Shown: positions 7,329 through 16,898, counted from the first letter of the stretch. The stretch: 32,000 bases of DNA from Candidatus Peribacter riflensis (GCA_001430755.1 CP013062.1:750001-782000); one strand, 5' to 3'. Program-made: numbers and translations. Notes: a model not told the origin generated them from the letters alone.

Positions 7329-10004
7329 TCATTTTTCGCTCTGCGCCGCTTTCGCCGCACGCTTCACCCGTCTCTCCTCCTTCTCGATCGCTTCCACCTC
7401 TTCGGTACGCTGCTCCTCGGCAGCCTCGAGCACCGCCTCCTCCGCCTCCTTGTCGTACATCACCACGCTCACCGTCGCGACTTTGTCCTTCCCGTTTAAG
7501 CGCATGATGATCACACCCTGCGTGGCGCGTCCGAGCGATGGGATATCCGAGAGCTGCATGCGAATGGCCTGCCCCTGCTTGCTGAGACACAACAGATCCC
7601 CTTCCGCACCCTCCTCGAGCACGCACCCGCCCACGATATCGCCTGTCTTGGCCGTGAGCTGCGCGGCCTTCACCCCCGTTCCTCCGCGACCCTGGAAGCG
7701 GTACTGCTCCACCGGGGTCATCTTGCCGAGTCCGTTCTCCATCACTACGAGGAGCTTTGATTTCTTCGGATCCAGAATCGCCGCAGCCTCCACCACCTTG
7801 TCACCGGTACTGAGCTTGATGCCACGCACGCCGGCCGCCGCACGGCCCATGGGACGCACGTCATCCTCTTTGAAGCGGATGGCCTTGCCCTTCTGCGTGA
7901 GCAGGATGATCTCGTTCTTGCCGTCGGTCTCGACCACCCATCGCAATTCATCACCCGCAGGCATCTTCTGCGCGATCAGGCCGGAACGCCGGATGTTCTC
8001 GAATTCTGTGAGCTCCGTGCGCTTCACGGTGCCGCCGCGTGTGACCATGAAGAGGAACTTCTTGCCCTGCATGTCGGCACGCAGGATCGCCGTCACGCGC
8101 TCCTCCGGCTGCAACTGAAGCAGGTTCACGATCGCCTGCCCCTTGGCCACTCTGCTCCCCTGCGGGAGCTCGTACGTCGGCAGCTTGAACACGCGTCCCG
8201 TGTTCGTGAAGAAGAGCAGATCGTCGTGGTTCATCACATGGAGGAGCGAGAGCACCTCGTCTTCCTCCTTGGTCGTCATGCCCTTCACGCCCTTGCCTCC
8301 GCGCTGCTGGGCACGGAACTGCATGGGGCTGAGCCTCTTCACGTAGCCCGTCTGTGTGAGCGTAACGATCATCGGCGCATTCGGAATCGTGTCTTTGGCC
8401 GAGAACTCGCCCACGTCATGCTTCACGATCGTCGTGCGGCGCGGGTCACCATAGGTCTCTTTGATCTCGACGAGTTCTGTCTTGATGATTTTGTCGATCT
8501 TCTTGGGATCCTTGAGAATCGCCTCGCATTCGGCGATGAACTTTCTCTTCTCGGCGAGCTCTTCTTCGATCTTCTTCCTTTCCAATCCCGCCAGCGTCTG
8601 AAGGCGCATCTGCAGAATGGCGTCGGCCTGGATCTCGGAGAGCTTGAATTTCTTCACCAGATTCTCTTTGGCGATCTCCTTGGTTTCGCTCTTCTTGATG
8701 AGCGCGATGACCTTGTCGATGTCGTTCAGGGCCAGACTCAACCCTTCGAGGATGTGTGCACGATCCCTGGCCCGGTCACGGTCGAACGTCACGCGCCGTC
8801 GCACCACCTCGCGGCGATGCGCGAGGAAGAGCGTGAGCGCCTCTTCCAAATTGAGCAGCCGCGGCTGCAATCCCCCATCGAGGGCGATCATGTTGTAGCC
8901 GAAGCTCGTCTGCAGATCGGTGTGCTTGAAGAGCTGATTCAGAACCTTCTGGGGATAACTGTCTTTCTTGAGCTCCACGATGATGCGGATGCCCGTACGG
9001 TCCGATTCGTCGCGGATATCGGAGATGCCGTCGATGGCTTTGTCCTGCACCAGATGTGCCATCTTCTCGATCATCGTGGACTTGTTCACCTGGTAGGGAA
9101 TTTCGGAGACGCGGATGACGTAGCGCCCCTTTATTTCTTCAATCTGGGCCTTGGCGCGCACGATGATGGAGCCGCGCCCCGTCAGGTACGCCTGCTTGAT
9201 CGCCTCGCGGTTGTAGACAATGCCGCCCGTCGGAAAATCGGGACCCTGCACGAACTCCAGAAGTTCCTCCACCGTGGCATCCGGATGATCCATCAGGTGC
9301 AGCGTGGCATCGATGATCTCGCCCATGTTGTGGGGCGGGATATTCGTGGCCATGCCCACAGCGATGCCCACGGTACCGTTGAGAAGCAGATGCGGAATCT
9401 TGGCAGGCATGACCCTGGGCTCCTTGCGCGTGGAATCGTAGTTGCCCATGAACTCCACGGTCTGCTTGTCGATATCCTGCAGGAGCTCGTCGGCGATCTT
9501 GGCCATCTTCGCCTCGGTGTAGCGCATGGCTGCGGCACCGTCACCGTCGATCGAGCCGAAGTTCCCCTGCCCGTGGATGATGGGATACCGCATCGAGAAA
9601 TCCTGCGCCATGCGCACGAGCGCCTCGTACACGGCGCTGTCGCCGTGCGGGTGGTACTTACCAAGAACATCTCCGACGACGAGTGCGCACTTGCGGAACT
9701 TGGCCGTCGACTTGAGCCCAAGTTCGTTCATCGCATAGAGAATACGGCGGTGCACCGGCTTCAAGCCGTCCCGCACATCAGGAAGCGCGCGTGAGACAAT
9801 GACACTCATCGCGTAATCGAGGTAGCTCGTCTCCATTTCCTGCACGATGGGACGCGGAACGATCTTTCCGATATTGGAAAGACTGGTCTGTACAGGAAGC
9901 CCGTTCGCCGGAGCGGCCGAAGGTGTTTCGGGTGTCGGTTGTTCGCCCTTGTCCTTCTTCTCATTCTTCTCGGGCTCTGCGGGTTTGTCGGATTTCTTAG
10001 GCAT
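7329..10004 (-). CDS. gyrA: DNA gyrase subunit A
   Basis: The motifs [33 protein letters not shown]...[37 protein letters not shown] are followed by C-terminal beta-pinwheel repeats. The protein also has a Lys/Pro-rich ~50-aa N-terminal extension and an acidic tail. Confidence 0.97.
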   Translation of the reverse strand: MPKKSDKPAEPEKNEKKDKGEQPTPETPSAAPANGLPVQTSLSNIGKIVPRPIVQEMETSYLDYAMSVIVSRALPDVRDGLKPVHRRILYAMNELGLKSTAKFRKCALVVGDVLGKYHPHGDSAVYEALVRMAQDFSMRYPIIHGQGNFGSIDGDGAAAMRYTEAKMAKIADELLQDIDKQTVEFMGNYDSTRKEPRVMPAKIPHLLLNGTVGIAVGMATNIPPHNMGEIIDATLHLMDHPDATVEELLEFVQGPDFPTGGIVYNREAIKQAYLTGRGSIIVRAKAQIEEIKGRYVIRVSEIPYQVNKSTMIEKMAHLVQDKAIDGISDIRDESDRTGIRIIVELKKDSYPQKVLNQLFKHTDLQTSFGYNMIALDGGLQPRLLNLEEALTLFLAHRREVVRRRVTFDRDRARDRAHILEGLSLALNDIDKVIALIKKSETKEIAKENLVKKFKLSEIQADAILQMRLQTLAGLERKKIEEELAEKRKFIAECEAILKDPKKIDKIIKTELVEIKETYGDPRRTTIVKHDVGEFSAKDTIPNAPMIVTLTQTGYVKRLSPMQFRAQQRGGKGVKGMTTKEEDEVLSLLHVMNHDDLLFFTNTGRVFKLPTYELPQGSRVAKGQAIVNLLQLQPEERVTAILRADMQGKKFLFMVTRGGTVKRTELTEFENIRRSGLIAQKMPAGDELRWVVETDGKNEIILLTQKGKAIRFKEDDVRPMGRAAAGVRGIKLSTGDKVVEAAAILDPKKSKLLVVMENGLGKMTPVEQYRFQGRGGTGVKAAQLTAKTGDIVGGCVLEEGAEGDLLCLSKQGQAIRMQLSDIPSLGRATQGVIIMRLNGKDKVATVSVVMYDKEAEEAVLEAAEEQRTEEVEAIEKEERRVKRAAKAAQSEK

Positions 10005-10126
10005 GGAAAATCAAGGTGCTGGAAGTGTGGAGTGATGATACAGATTTTTCCGCCGGAAAAAAGTCCCAAGGGGATTGAAATATGCCCGGTTCGGAACAAG
10101 CGACTATTTTCGAGATTATGCAACGA

Positions 10127-11416
10127 TCACTGTGTCTGCCGTCCGTCGGACACTCCCTCCGGAAACCACTCCTCCGCCCTGCGTACCTGGGGGTCATTGG
10201 GGGATTTGCGGAGCATCACCGGCTCAAGGCCGGGGACTTCCAGCGTCATACGATTGCCCAGCCTCACGTGCGCAAGCGATCGCTGAAAATCCGGATTGCC
10301 CGTAAAGCGGTCCAGAATGGTTTGGTAGCTCATGGGCTCTTTCCGGCCCAGGGTACCATCCACGTGGATCCCCGGAATCCGGTTATTCGCGCGGTCGTGG
10401 AAGAACAATTGATAGGGAATGCGATTGTGGAGCCCACCGAAGGTGCAGTGATGCTCGTGGAACACGCCCTGCGCATCCAAACCAAAAGTGGGGTCCGGCG
10501 TCACCTGCATCGGAACCGTGATGGCACAACTGTCGTCTTGGGCGGAGAGGGCAAACACGTGCGTCCCCATCTGCACCGGCTGGAAACATGGATTCTGCAG
10601 CACCCTCTCCCCGTCTTCCTGCAGCACATCCAGAATCGCCGAGCGGATCTCCGCACTGCACGGGTAATTCCCTGATACTTCCACATCCGTGAGGAGCACC
10701 TGCCAGATTTTCCACACCTGCTCGACCGCGATACCCCTGAGAGCGAGTGGGGCTGAAAGGTAGAGCGCATCGACCGGACCGGGCACCCGAAACGTCGCAC
10801 GGGCCAGATCGGGCTCGGCGAACCCTCCCGAGAACTGAAGTTTCGAGGCATCCCAACCGTATTTATCCGGATTCGCCAGCGTGCCTTCGACGGACGATCC
10901 GACCCCGTACAAACCCTGCATCAGCGGCTCGGCGAGTGCCTCATTCCTGCTGCGCATCCACGGGTTGATGCCCCTGTTCGTCACGACATGCAGAATTTCA
11001 TGACGGACCACGTGCCGGAGAGCATCTCTCTTTGTGGCATCCGCCATCGTCGATGCATCGCACCGTATCCCCATTCCATACACTTCCGCGTTGCACGGCA
11101 CCGAACCGAACGCGCGACCGCCTTCACGACGGGCGATGCGCACCGAGGGCAGCGCATGCGAAATCGATCCCGGAGCAGCCGTAATGCAATCGCGATGCAT
11201 CGAGAATGTTTGCAGCGTTTCGGGGACATGTGCGACATACATCACCCCCTGCGGAACACGGGCGATGAGTTGATCGCACTCCTCCTGGATGAACTCCATG
11301 AGCCCTTCGATGCCTGCAGGCGTCAATCCGGCATCGCGAAAGCCGGAAGGATCGGACGGAGTCGTTTGGCGCAGATCCACATTCGTGCCGGGCACAATGC
11401 GCATGTGATGGGTCAT
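10127..11416 (-). CDS. Hypothetical protein with a gluzincin-type HExxH...NEALAE motif (possible MA-clan metallopeptidase)
   Basis: The tracked ORF 10127..11500 is trimmed to ATG 11416, which has a TTGACA-N17-TATTTT promoter 6 nt upstream. The motif is RHVVRHEILHVVTNRGINPWMRSRNEALAE. I see no signal peptide, and I do not recognise the rest of the protein. Confidence 0.65.
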   Translation of the reverse strand: MTHHMRIVPGTNVDLRQTTPSDPSGFRDAGLTPAGIEGLMEFIQEECDQLIARVPQGVMYVAHVPETLQTFSMHRDCITAAPGSISHALPSVRIARREGGRAFGSVPCNAEVYGMGIRCDASTMADATKRDALRHVVRHEILHVVTNRGINPWMRSRNEALAEPLMQGLYGVGSSVEGTLANPDKYGWDASKLQFSGGFAEPDLARATFRVPGPVDALYLSAPLALRGIAVEQVWKIWQVLLTDVEVSGNYPCSAEIRSAILDVLQEDGERVLQNPCFQPVQMGTHVFALSAQDDSCAITVPMQVTPDPTFGLDAQGVFHEHHCTFGGLHNRIPYQLFFHDRANNRIPGIHVDGTLGRKEPMSYQTILDRFTGNPDFQRSLAHVRLGNRMTLEVPGLEPVMLRKSPNDPQVRRAEEWFPEGVSDGRQTQ

Positions 11417-11422
11417 AATGCT

Positions 11423-11451
11423 AAAATAGCTCTTTTTTATGTTTTTGTCAA
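11423..11451 (-). promoter_or_regulatory. Sigma70-like promoter TTGACA-N17-TATTTT, 6 nt upstream of ATG 11416
   Basis: The minus strand reads ttgaca aaaacataaaaaagagc tatttt agcatt ATG. Confidence 0.55.
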
Positions 11452-11510
11452 AATTCCAGGACACAATGACAATTCCGCACCAGAGAGGACCGGGTATCAT
11501 GACTCACCAT

Positions 11511-12182
11511 ATGCTCTCCATTGTTTCAACACCCATCGGGAACCTCGGCGACATCACCCTGCGCGCCCTCGCAACGCTGAAGAAATGTGATGCGATTGTC
11601 TGCGAAGACACGCGGGTGACGGGGCAACTGCTGCAATTGCTGGAACTGCCCAAGAAAGAATTGATCAGCTGCCACGGCTACAGCAATCCAAAGAAAGTGG
11701 ATGACATCATACGAATGCTCACGGAAGGTCGGCACCTCGTCCTCGTGAGCGATGCCGGAACCCCCGGCATCTCGGACCCCGGTTACGCCCTCGTTTCACG
11801 CGCCCGCTGCGGGAGGATCCCGATCGAGGTGATTCCCGGACCGGCTGCGTTCCTCGCGGCCTTAAGCGCAAGCGGGCTCCCGGTGAACCGCTTCGTCTAC
11901 CTGGGCTTTCTGCCGCTCAAAAAAGGACGCCAGACCCTGCTCAAGTCATTGAAGGAGGAAGAACGGACCATCGTCTTCTACGAATCCGTGCACCGCATCG
12001 AAAAGACCCTGCGCGAGCTCGCCGAGGCACTGCAAGATCAGCCCGACCGCCCTGTGGTGATCGCACGGGAGCTCACAAAGATGCACGAGGAAATCGTCAC
12101 AACGACCGTTGCCGGGCTTCCTGCAATCGCCCAGTCGATTGTGAAGAAAGGAGAGTTCGCGGTGATCATCGGAGCACAGTAA
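11511..12182 (+). CDS. rsmI: 16S rRNA (cytidine1402-2'-O)-methyltransferase RsmI
   Basis: The sequence is MLSIVSTPIGNLGDITLRALATLKKCDAIVCEDTRVTGQLL...VLVSDAGTPGISDPG. The start is uncertain. ATG 11499 and the tracked 11439 are in frame, and I chose 11511 because a TATCAT box at 11495..11500 precedes it. Confidence 0.88.
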   Translation: MLSIVSTPIGNLGDITLRALATLKKCDAIVCEDTRVTGQLLQLLELPKKELISCHGYSNPKKVDDIIRMLTEGRHLVLVSDAGTPGISDPGYALVSRARCGRIPIEVIPGPAAFLAALSASGLPVNRFVYLGFLPLKKGRQTLLKSLKEEERTIVFYESVHRIEKTLRELAEALQDQPDRPVVIARELTKMHEEIVTTTVAGLPAIAQSIVKKGEFAVIIGAQ

Positions 12183-12230
12183 CCGCAGATATCCCTCATC
12201 AATCATGGACGAATCCCGCAAAAATTCATC

Positions 12231-12385
12231 GTGGCGAAGCGTGGGTCTCGCGGGCCCCGCGCTGCCCGCCCGAACGTACCGTTCGGTACGGGCGGGGAGC
12301 CACTCCTCTAAGGGAAAAAAGAGCCCGTGAGAGAAAAACCGCCCGCCAGAACGACCTTGTCGGGCTGGTAGGTTTGTCTCTCACG
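12231..12385 (+). repeat. Structured intergenic repeat, copy 1 (155 nt)
   Basis: The elements are P1 gtggc/gccac, P2 gcgtggg/cccgcgc, the linker aagggaaaaaagagc and P3 cgtgagagaaaaacc/ggtttgtctctcacg. A 32-nt self-complementary insertion lies at 12265..12296. This copy sits between the convergent gene ends of rsmI and a small membrane gene. Confidence 0.7.
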
Positions 12386-12426
12386 AAATAAAAAATAGGA
12401 GGAAGACACGATGCCTTCCTCCCCGA

Positions 12427-12708
12427 TCAAGAAGATCTGTTTTTCCAGCGTTCCACGAGACACTCGCAGGACCAGAGCAGAAAGAACGTGCCGTAGAAAC
12501 TCGCGAACAGTACGGCAGCATGGCTCCAGTACTGCAGCTGCAGAGCAATGACAACGGTAAAGGTCACCGCAGCCACGAGAGTGCCAAGGGCAATCAGGCA
12601 GCCGTTGAAACAACCTTCTTCCGTGTTGTCCCAAATAGATTTTCGCTGAAACCATTCATAACCGATTCCTGCGAGGAACCCTGCGAAAAACATCGAGAAG
12701 TAACCCAT
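12427..12708 (-). CDS. Small hydrophobic membrane protein (93 aa), function unknown
   Basis: A strong Shine-Dalgarno sequence, aaaggaaGGAGGTGacccATG, precedes the start. There are three hydrophobic segments (FSMFFAGFLAGIG, CLIALGTLVAAVTFTVVIAL, AAVLFASFYGTFFLLW). Confidence 0.6.
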   Translation of the reverse strand: MGYFSMFFAGFLAGIGYEWFQRKSIWDNTEEGCFNGCLIALGTLVAAVTFTVVIALQLQYWSHAAVLFASFYGTFFLLWSCECLVERWKNRSS

Positions 12709-12733
12709 GGGTCACCTCCTTCCTTTTAGCGAC

Positions 12734-12768
12734 AAAAAAATGATCGATATCCTGATCGGATGAATCAT
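12734..12768 (-). terminator. Intrinsic terminator downstream of the M23 peptidase gene
   Basis: The minus strand carries an imperfect hairpin atgattcatcc-gatca-ggatatcgatcat followed by T7. Confidence 0.55.
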
Positions 12769-12818
12769 GATCCCGTTCTCTCTGCAGTACGTCAAAGCAT
12801 TCCCCCACCAATTCCCGC

Positions 12819-14033
12819 TTAGGGGAGCACGAAGAGCGGATCAATATTCGTCCCGTCTTTGATCACCTCGAAGTGGAGGTGGGGACCGGTAGTGGTGGGA
12901 CCCGAGCCGTACGCTCCCACCGCGCCGCCGCTCAACCCCACTGCCTCCCCCTGCTTCAGATCCTGACCACTCGTGACCGTGATCTTCGAGAGGTGGCCGT
13001 AGAGCGTGGCATAGCCCCCGCGATGGCCAACCAGCACGTACGAGTAGCCGCGCGCTCCCCCGTCGCGGGCGAGGAACACGATGCCATCCGCCGCACTGAA
13101 GACCGGCGATCCCTGCCCCACAACGATATCCACTCCGTAGTGCGAAATACCAAAGAGCTCCTGGTAGCCCGCATCGAGGAACCCCGCCGACCGCGTGCCG
13201 TACGCGGGCCAGGCGAACTGCGGCGTGACCGGCATGGCCGATCGGTCGATCGCCCCGGGAGTGAGCAGGCCTTTTTCGAGAAGTTCACGCTCGACGCGGC
13301 TGCGGAGCTTGGCGTCGATGCGCGCGAGCGCCCCCTGCATCTTCAGCACCTGAGCGTGCACCTCTTCCATGTTGGCCTGAATGTCTTTGAGTTGAGATTC
13401 AGTCACGGCAAGCCCGCGCGCGGACCGCTCCAGCTGTGCGACCATGCGCAGTGCTTCGATGCGGAGAGCGTCATGCTGGACCTGCAACACAAGCAACCGG
13501 CCCCGCTGCGCTTCTGCTTCGGCCGTGGCGCGCAGAACGCTCTCGAGCATGCCCCACTGCAGATCTTCCTCCTGCAGAACGCCGAACGAGGCGACCAGCG
13601 CGCGCCGGAAGAACGACCGCCCCCCGACTGCGGATCCCAGAATCGGCTGAGAGCGACGCACGTAGGCGAATGCCTCCACGATGTCTTCAGGACGCATGTC
13701 TGCAGAAGCGTCTTTCTGCGCCAACCATCCGAATCGCTGTTCAAGTACGGCGATGGCACGCTGCACCCCCGCGATCTTCAGCCGCAATGCGCGCTTCTCG
13801 CGCATGAGCGAGGGAACACGCGCTTGCGCCTCACGCAGTTCCGCCTCGTGCAGACGCTTGAGGGCCGGCAGGCTGCGCGTGCGCTGATACTCCGCCGAAG
13901 CCTTGTCGAGCGCGGAACGGAACGCGCGTTCGGCATCGATGCGCTCCTCCGACGTGATGAGCGCAAATGTGAGAAGCGGGACGAGCCCCGCAAGCAGGAC
14001 AGCCACCGTGGCAGCGCGATTCATAATGTGCAT
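12819..14033 (-). CDS. M23-family peptidoglycan metalloendopeptidase with an N-terminal TM/signal segment and coiled coil (EnvC-like architecture)
   Basis: The C-terminal motifs are HYGVDIVVGQGSPVFSAADGIV...GHLSKITVTSGQDLKQGEAVGLSG...TTGPHLHFEV. The tracked start at 14063 is GTG. ATG 14033 lies 10 nt after a TATAAT box (14049..14044). Confidence 0.88.
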   Translation of the reverse strand: MHIMNRAATVAVLLAGLVPLLTFALITSEERIDAERAFRSALDKASAEYQRTRSLPALKRLHEAELREAQARVPSLMREKRALRLKIAGVQRAIAVLEQRFGWLAQKDASADMRPEDIVEAFAYVRRSQPILGSAVGGRSFFRRALVASFGVLQEEDLQWGMLESVLRATAEAEAQRGRLLVLQVQHDALRIEALRMVAQLERSARGLAVTESQLKDIQANMEEVHAQVLKMQGALARIDAKLRSRVERELLEKGLLTPGAIDRSAMPVTPQFAWPAYGTRSAGFLDAGYQELFGISHYGVDIVVGQGSPVFSAADGIVFLARDGGARGYSYVLVGHRGGYATLYGHLSKITVTSGQDLKQGEAVGLSGGAVGAYGSGPTTTGPHLHFEVIKDGTNIDPLFVLP

Positions 14034-14148
14034 TTTCCCTCTTATTATAGCGGAAAAACTCACGTAATGAAATGGACTGTAACCGATCAGTCATCTCGAG
14101 AATATTCATAAAACCATGCCACATATTCGCAGACACAGTAGAAAAACC

Positions 14149-14309
14149 GCGGCGAAGCGCGGGTCTCGCGGGCTCCCGCGCTGGAGCCGCACCTTTGAAG
14201 GGAAAAGAGAGCTCGTGAGAGAAAAACCGGCTTGTCGGCCGTAGCCCGACTCGTCCACCATAGCTTTAGCGACGGTGGATGGGCGAAGGCTGAAGGTTTG
14301 TCTCTCACG
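14149..14309 (+). repeat. Structured intergenic repeat, copy 2 (161 nt)
   Basis: The elements are P1 gcggc/gccgc, P2 gcgcggg/cccgcgc, the linker aagggaaaagagagc, and a P3 identical to copy 1 but with a 66-nt apical insertion. This copy lies between the divergent M23 and ruvA promoters. Confidence 0.7.
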
Positions 14310-14315
14310 AAATTC

Positions 14316-14324
14316 TGCTACACT
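14316..14324 (+). promoter_or_regulatory. Extended -10 promoter TGcTACACT, 8 nt upstream of the ruvA ATG
   Basis: The sequence is tgctacact-tcacccct-ATG. Confidence 0.5.
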
Positions 14325-14332
14325 TCACCCCT

Positions 14333-14911
14333 ATGATTGCCCACCTCCGCGGCATCATCGCACGGACAACTCCCGGAGAAGTGACCGTGGACGTGGATGG
14401 CGTGGGCTACCGCGTGATGGTTCCGCTCGATGTGTGGGAACAGGTGGAGGAAGGCACGATCGCGAAGCTCTGGATTTCCACATTCATCCGGGAAGACCGC
14501 TTCGACCTCTTCGGGTTCCTCTCAACACAGAGCCGCACGCTGTTTGAGGAATTCCTCTCCATCCCGGGCATCGGGCCCAAGACGGCACTGGAAATCTGCA
14601 GCGTGCCGCGCGGGCTCCTGAGCATGGCTATCCGCGAGCAGGATGCAGCGCCACTCACAGGGATCAAGGGCATCGGCAAGAAGACTGCCGAAAAACTGCT
14701 CTTGGAATTGAAATCACTCGCCGAAAAGCTCCCCGAGCTCTTCGCAGGATCAGAACAAGGCCCCGCCCGCTCTGTCGTAGACCCCGATGCCGTCTCTGCA
14801 CTTGAGGCTCTGGGGTACGACGCCCCGACGATCATGCATGCCCTGAAGTCCCTGCCCCCGGATCTCGCGACGACTGAGGACCGCGTGTCTGCGGCACTCC
14901 GTTCCCTTTAG
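14333..14911 (+). CDS. ruvA: Holliday junction branch-migration complex subunit RuvA
   Basis: The sequence is MIAHLRGIIARTTPGEVTVDVDGVGYRVMVP...RFDLFGF...LFEEFLSIPGIGPKTALEI...GIKGIGKKTAEKLLLEL, with the HhH motifs present. Confidence 0.92.
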   Translation: MIAHLRGIIARTTPGEVTVDVDGVGYRVMVPLDVWEQVEEGTIAKLWISTFIREDRFDLFGFLSTQSRTLFEEFLSIPGIGPKTALEICSVPRGLLSMAIREQDAAPLTGIKGIGKKTAEKLLLELKSLAEKLPELFAGSEQGPARSVVDPDAVSALEALGYDAPTIMHALKSLPPDLATTEDRVSAALRSL

Positions 14912-14916
14912 ATCCT

Positions 14917-16203
14917 ATGCTCGACCTCTCCGTCTCACAGGCACTCGCAAAGGCCATCACGCCCTCGTTCGGCGTGCCGGATCAGGAGCTCAGCGCTCTG
15001 CGAACCGGCCTGCGGCGCTACGTGCAGGAATGGCTGAAGGAACGCGAGAAGGGACAGCACACGTGGTCCATGTCTCCCTACGACAAAGACGCGGTGGAAG
15101 CCGTAAAAGAAGTTGCTATCCGTACCAAAGCGGAACGGATCCGCACCGTCGTGTGGATCGGCATCGGCGGATCGGGGCTGGGACCCAAAGTGATTCAGGA
15201 GGCGTTTGAAACTCCCGAGACGGTGGAGTTCATCCTGCTCGATTCCATCGATCCTTCCTTCGTAGAAACAGTGCTGAAGATCGTGGACTGGCGCTACACG
15301 CTACTCGTGGTCGCGAGCAAATCCGGCGGGACCCTGGAGCCCATGAGCCTCTTCTTCACCTGCTACGAAAAGATGAAGGCTGCACGCGGCGCGCAGGCCG
15401 CGCACTACACCATCGCCCTCACCGATCCATTCGGCGGGCCGTTGAGGAGCTTCTGCCTGGAAGAGGATATTCGTATGCTCACGATTCCCTCAGAGATCGG
15501 CGGGCGCTTCTCCATCTTCACTCCTGTGGGACTATTGCCGCTCGCGCTGCTCGACGGCAACATCGACAGCTTCGTGCGCGGGGCGAAAGAGATGGATACG
15601 CTCTGCCAGAACACTGCGCTGGACGAAAACCCCGCCACTCTCCTCGCTGCCGTGCAGTACCTACTCGACTTCAAGCGCGGCTACAGCGTGCGCGTGATCA
15701 TGCCCTACAGCGCACGCCTCACCTCCATCGCACGCTGGGATCAGCAACTCATCGCCGAGAGTCTGGGGAAAACCGAGACGAAGAATCCCATTCCTTTGGC
15801 TGCCATCGGCACGCAGGATCAGCACTCCCTGCTGCAACAGTGGATGGCCGGCCCGCGTCTGCCATGGCATCTGTTCATCCGCGAGGAGGAAAAACCGCGA
15901 GTCCATCTGCCGGAGCACCTGCCCGAACCCTTCGCGCACCTGCAGGGCAAGACCTTCGGCCAGTTGCTCGACGCGTGTTACACAGGGACCGCCGCAGCCC
16001 TCACATCGGTCAAGCGTCCCTCGGTAACGATCACGCTCCCACGCCTGGATGAGCGGCACTTGGGGCAACTCTTCTTCCTCCTGCTCGCCGAAGTCATCTT
16101 TTTGGGTAAGCTCTACCGCATCGATCCCTACGGCCAGCCTGCCGTGGAGATCGGCAAAAAGATTACGAAAGACATTCTGTCGAAGGGAAGAACTGAGGAA
16201 TAA
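14917..16203 (+). CDS. pgi: Glucose-6-phosphate isomerase
   Basis: The matching motifs are VVWIGIGGSGLGPKV, LLVVASKSGGTLEPMSLF, GGRFSIFTPVGLLPLAL and GTQDQHSLLQQWMAGP. Confidence 0.9.
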   Translation: MLDLSVSQALAKAITPSFGVPDQELSALRTGLRRYVQEWLKEREKGQHTWSMSPYDKDAVEAVKEVAIRTKAERIRTVVWIGIGGSGLGPKVIQEAFETPETVEFILLDSIDPSFVETVLKIVDWRYTLLVVASKSGGTLEPMSLFFTCYEKMKAARGAQAAHYTIALTDPFGGPLRSFCLEEDIRMLTIPSEIGGRFSIFTPVGLLPLALLDGNIDSFVRGAKEMDTLCQNTALDENPATLLAAVQYLLDFKRGYSVRVIMPYSARLTSIARWDQQLIAESLGKTETKNPIPLAAIGTQDQHSLLQQWMAGPRLPWHLFIREEEKPRVHLPEHLPEPFAHLQGKTFGQLLDACYTGTAAALTSVKRPSVTITLPRLDERHLGQLFFLLLAEVIFLGKLYRIDPYGQPAVEIGKKITKDILSKGRTEE

Positions 16204-16213
16204 TGAAAAATGA

Positions 16214-16262
16214 TGAAATGAGAAATGAATAATTTCGCATTTTGCATTTCAAATTTCTTTCC
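16214..16262 (+). terminator. AT-rich hairpin terminator after pgi
   Basis: The arms tgaaatgagaaatg and cattttgcatttca match at 12 of 14 positions, with a 10-nt loop. They are followed by aatttctttcc. Confidence 0.5.
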
Positions 16263-16276
16263 TCCTCGCTATCCTT

Positions 16277-16304
16277 CCCTACGCCCTATTCCTAACCCTA
16301 ACCC
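16277..16304 (-). repeat. C-tract motif (four CCC runs; G4-type on the minus strand) immediately upstream of trxA
   Basis: The sequence is ccc-tacg-ccc-tattcctaa-ccc-taa-ccc. Its first 13 nt are the exact reverse complement of 31607..31619. Confidence 0.5.
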
Positions 16305-16309
16305 TTACC

Positions 16310-16630
16310 ATGGCCGCTTCCGTCACTGATGCCACCTTCCAGACCGAAGTTCTGCAGTCGTCCCTTCCCGTGCTCGTGGATTTCTGGGCCCCGTGGTGCG
16401 GACCCTGCAAGATGATGGGCCCGATTGTGGATGAGCTGGCCCAGGAGTACGAAGGCAAAGTGAAGATCGTGAAGGTGAATGTGGATGAGAATCCTGAAAC
16501 GCCCGGGCAGTTCAATGTCATGAGCATTCCCACGTTCATCCTCTTCAAAGGAGGAAAGCCCTTCTCCTCTTTCATCGGCGCCAAGCCCAAAGAGAGTGTG
16601 AAGCAGGAAATTGACCGCGCTCTTGCTTAA
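16310..16630 (+). CDS. trxA: Thioredoxin
   Basis: The sequence is VLVDFWAPWCGPCKMMGPIVDELA...IPTFILFKGGK, with the canonical WCGPC active site. Confidence 0.95.
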   Translation: MAASVTDATFQTEVLQSSLPVLVDFWAPWCGPCKMMGPIVDELAQEYEGKVKIVKVNVDENPETPGQFNVMSIPTFILFKGGKPFSSFIGAKPKESVKQEIDRALA

Positions 16631-16636
16631 GACTCG

Positions 16637-16894
16637 ATGTCTATCTTCCTCGGCCTCGTCGGCATTGTCTTCTCGGTCTCCCTCGTGATCTACCGTGAGC
16701 GCGTTGCGGAAATGATCGGCGCGGGCGAATGGATGGAGTACGTCGGCGGTGTCTACAACTTCGTCATTCTCGTCGCGGTGTTCGTCTTCTTCTTCTCGGT
16801 AGCCTCCCTCACGGGGACGCTCGATATTTTCCTCACCCCGATCCGCTACCTGCTCCCCACCCCCTCACCGGATACGACACTGGATATGCCCTGA
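16637..16894 (+). CDS. Small membrane protein (85 aa, two hydrophobic helices), function unknown
   Basis: The helices are MSIFLGLVGIVFSVSLVIY and VYNFVILVAVFVFFFSVASL. The start is 6 nt after the trxA stop. Confidence 0.55.
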   Translation: MSIFLGLVGIVFSVSLVIYRERVAEMIGAGEWMEYVGGVYNFVILVAVFVFFFSVASLTGTLDIFLTPIRYLLPTPSPDTTLDMP

Positions 16895-16898
16895 AATT

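Noticed and set aside
8226-9794. 522-aa + strand ORF
   Set aside because: It is antisense to gyrA, whose identity is unambiguous.
11400-11515. Mirrored MTHHM-encoding sequences (13/16 inverted repeat) at the two divergent gene starts, 11416 (-) and 11499 (+)
   Set aside because: The match is short and imperfect. Under the leaderless-promoter reading, rsmI probably starts at 11511, which makes the + copy non-coding. It is most likely coincidence, though it could be re-examined as a shared operator.
12873-14111. 412-aa + strand ORF
   Set aside because: It is antisense to the M23 peptidase gene and has Arg/Pro/Leu-rich low-complexity composition.
16291-16304. Telomere-like cctaaccctaaccc (two CCCTAA units)
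   Set aside because: Only two units are present in the middle of a bacterial operon region. I treat it as part of the C-tract motif family, not as a telomeric repeat.
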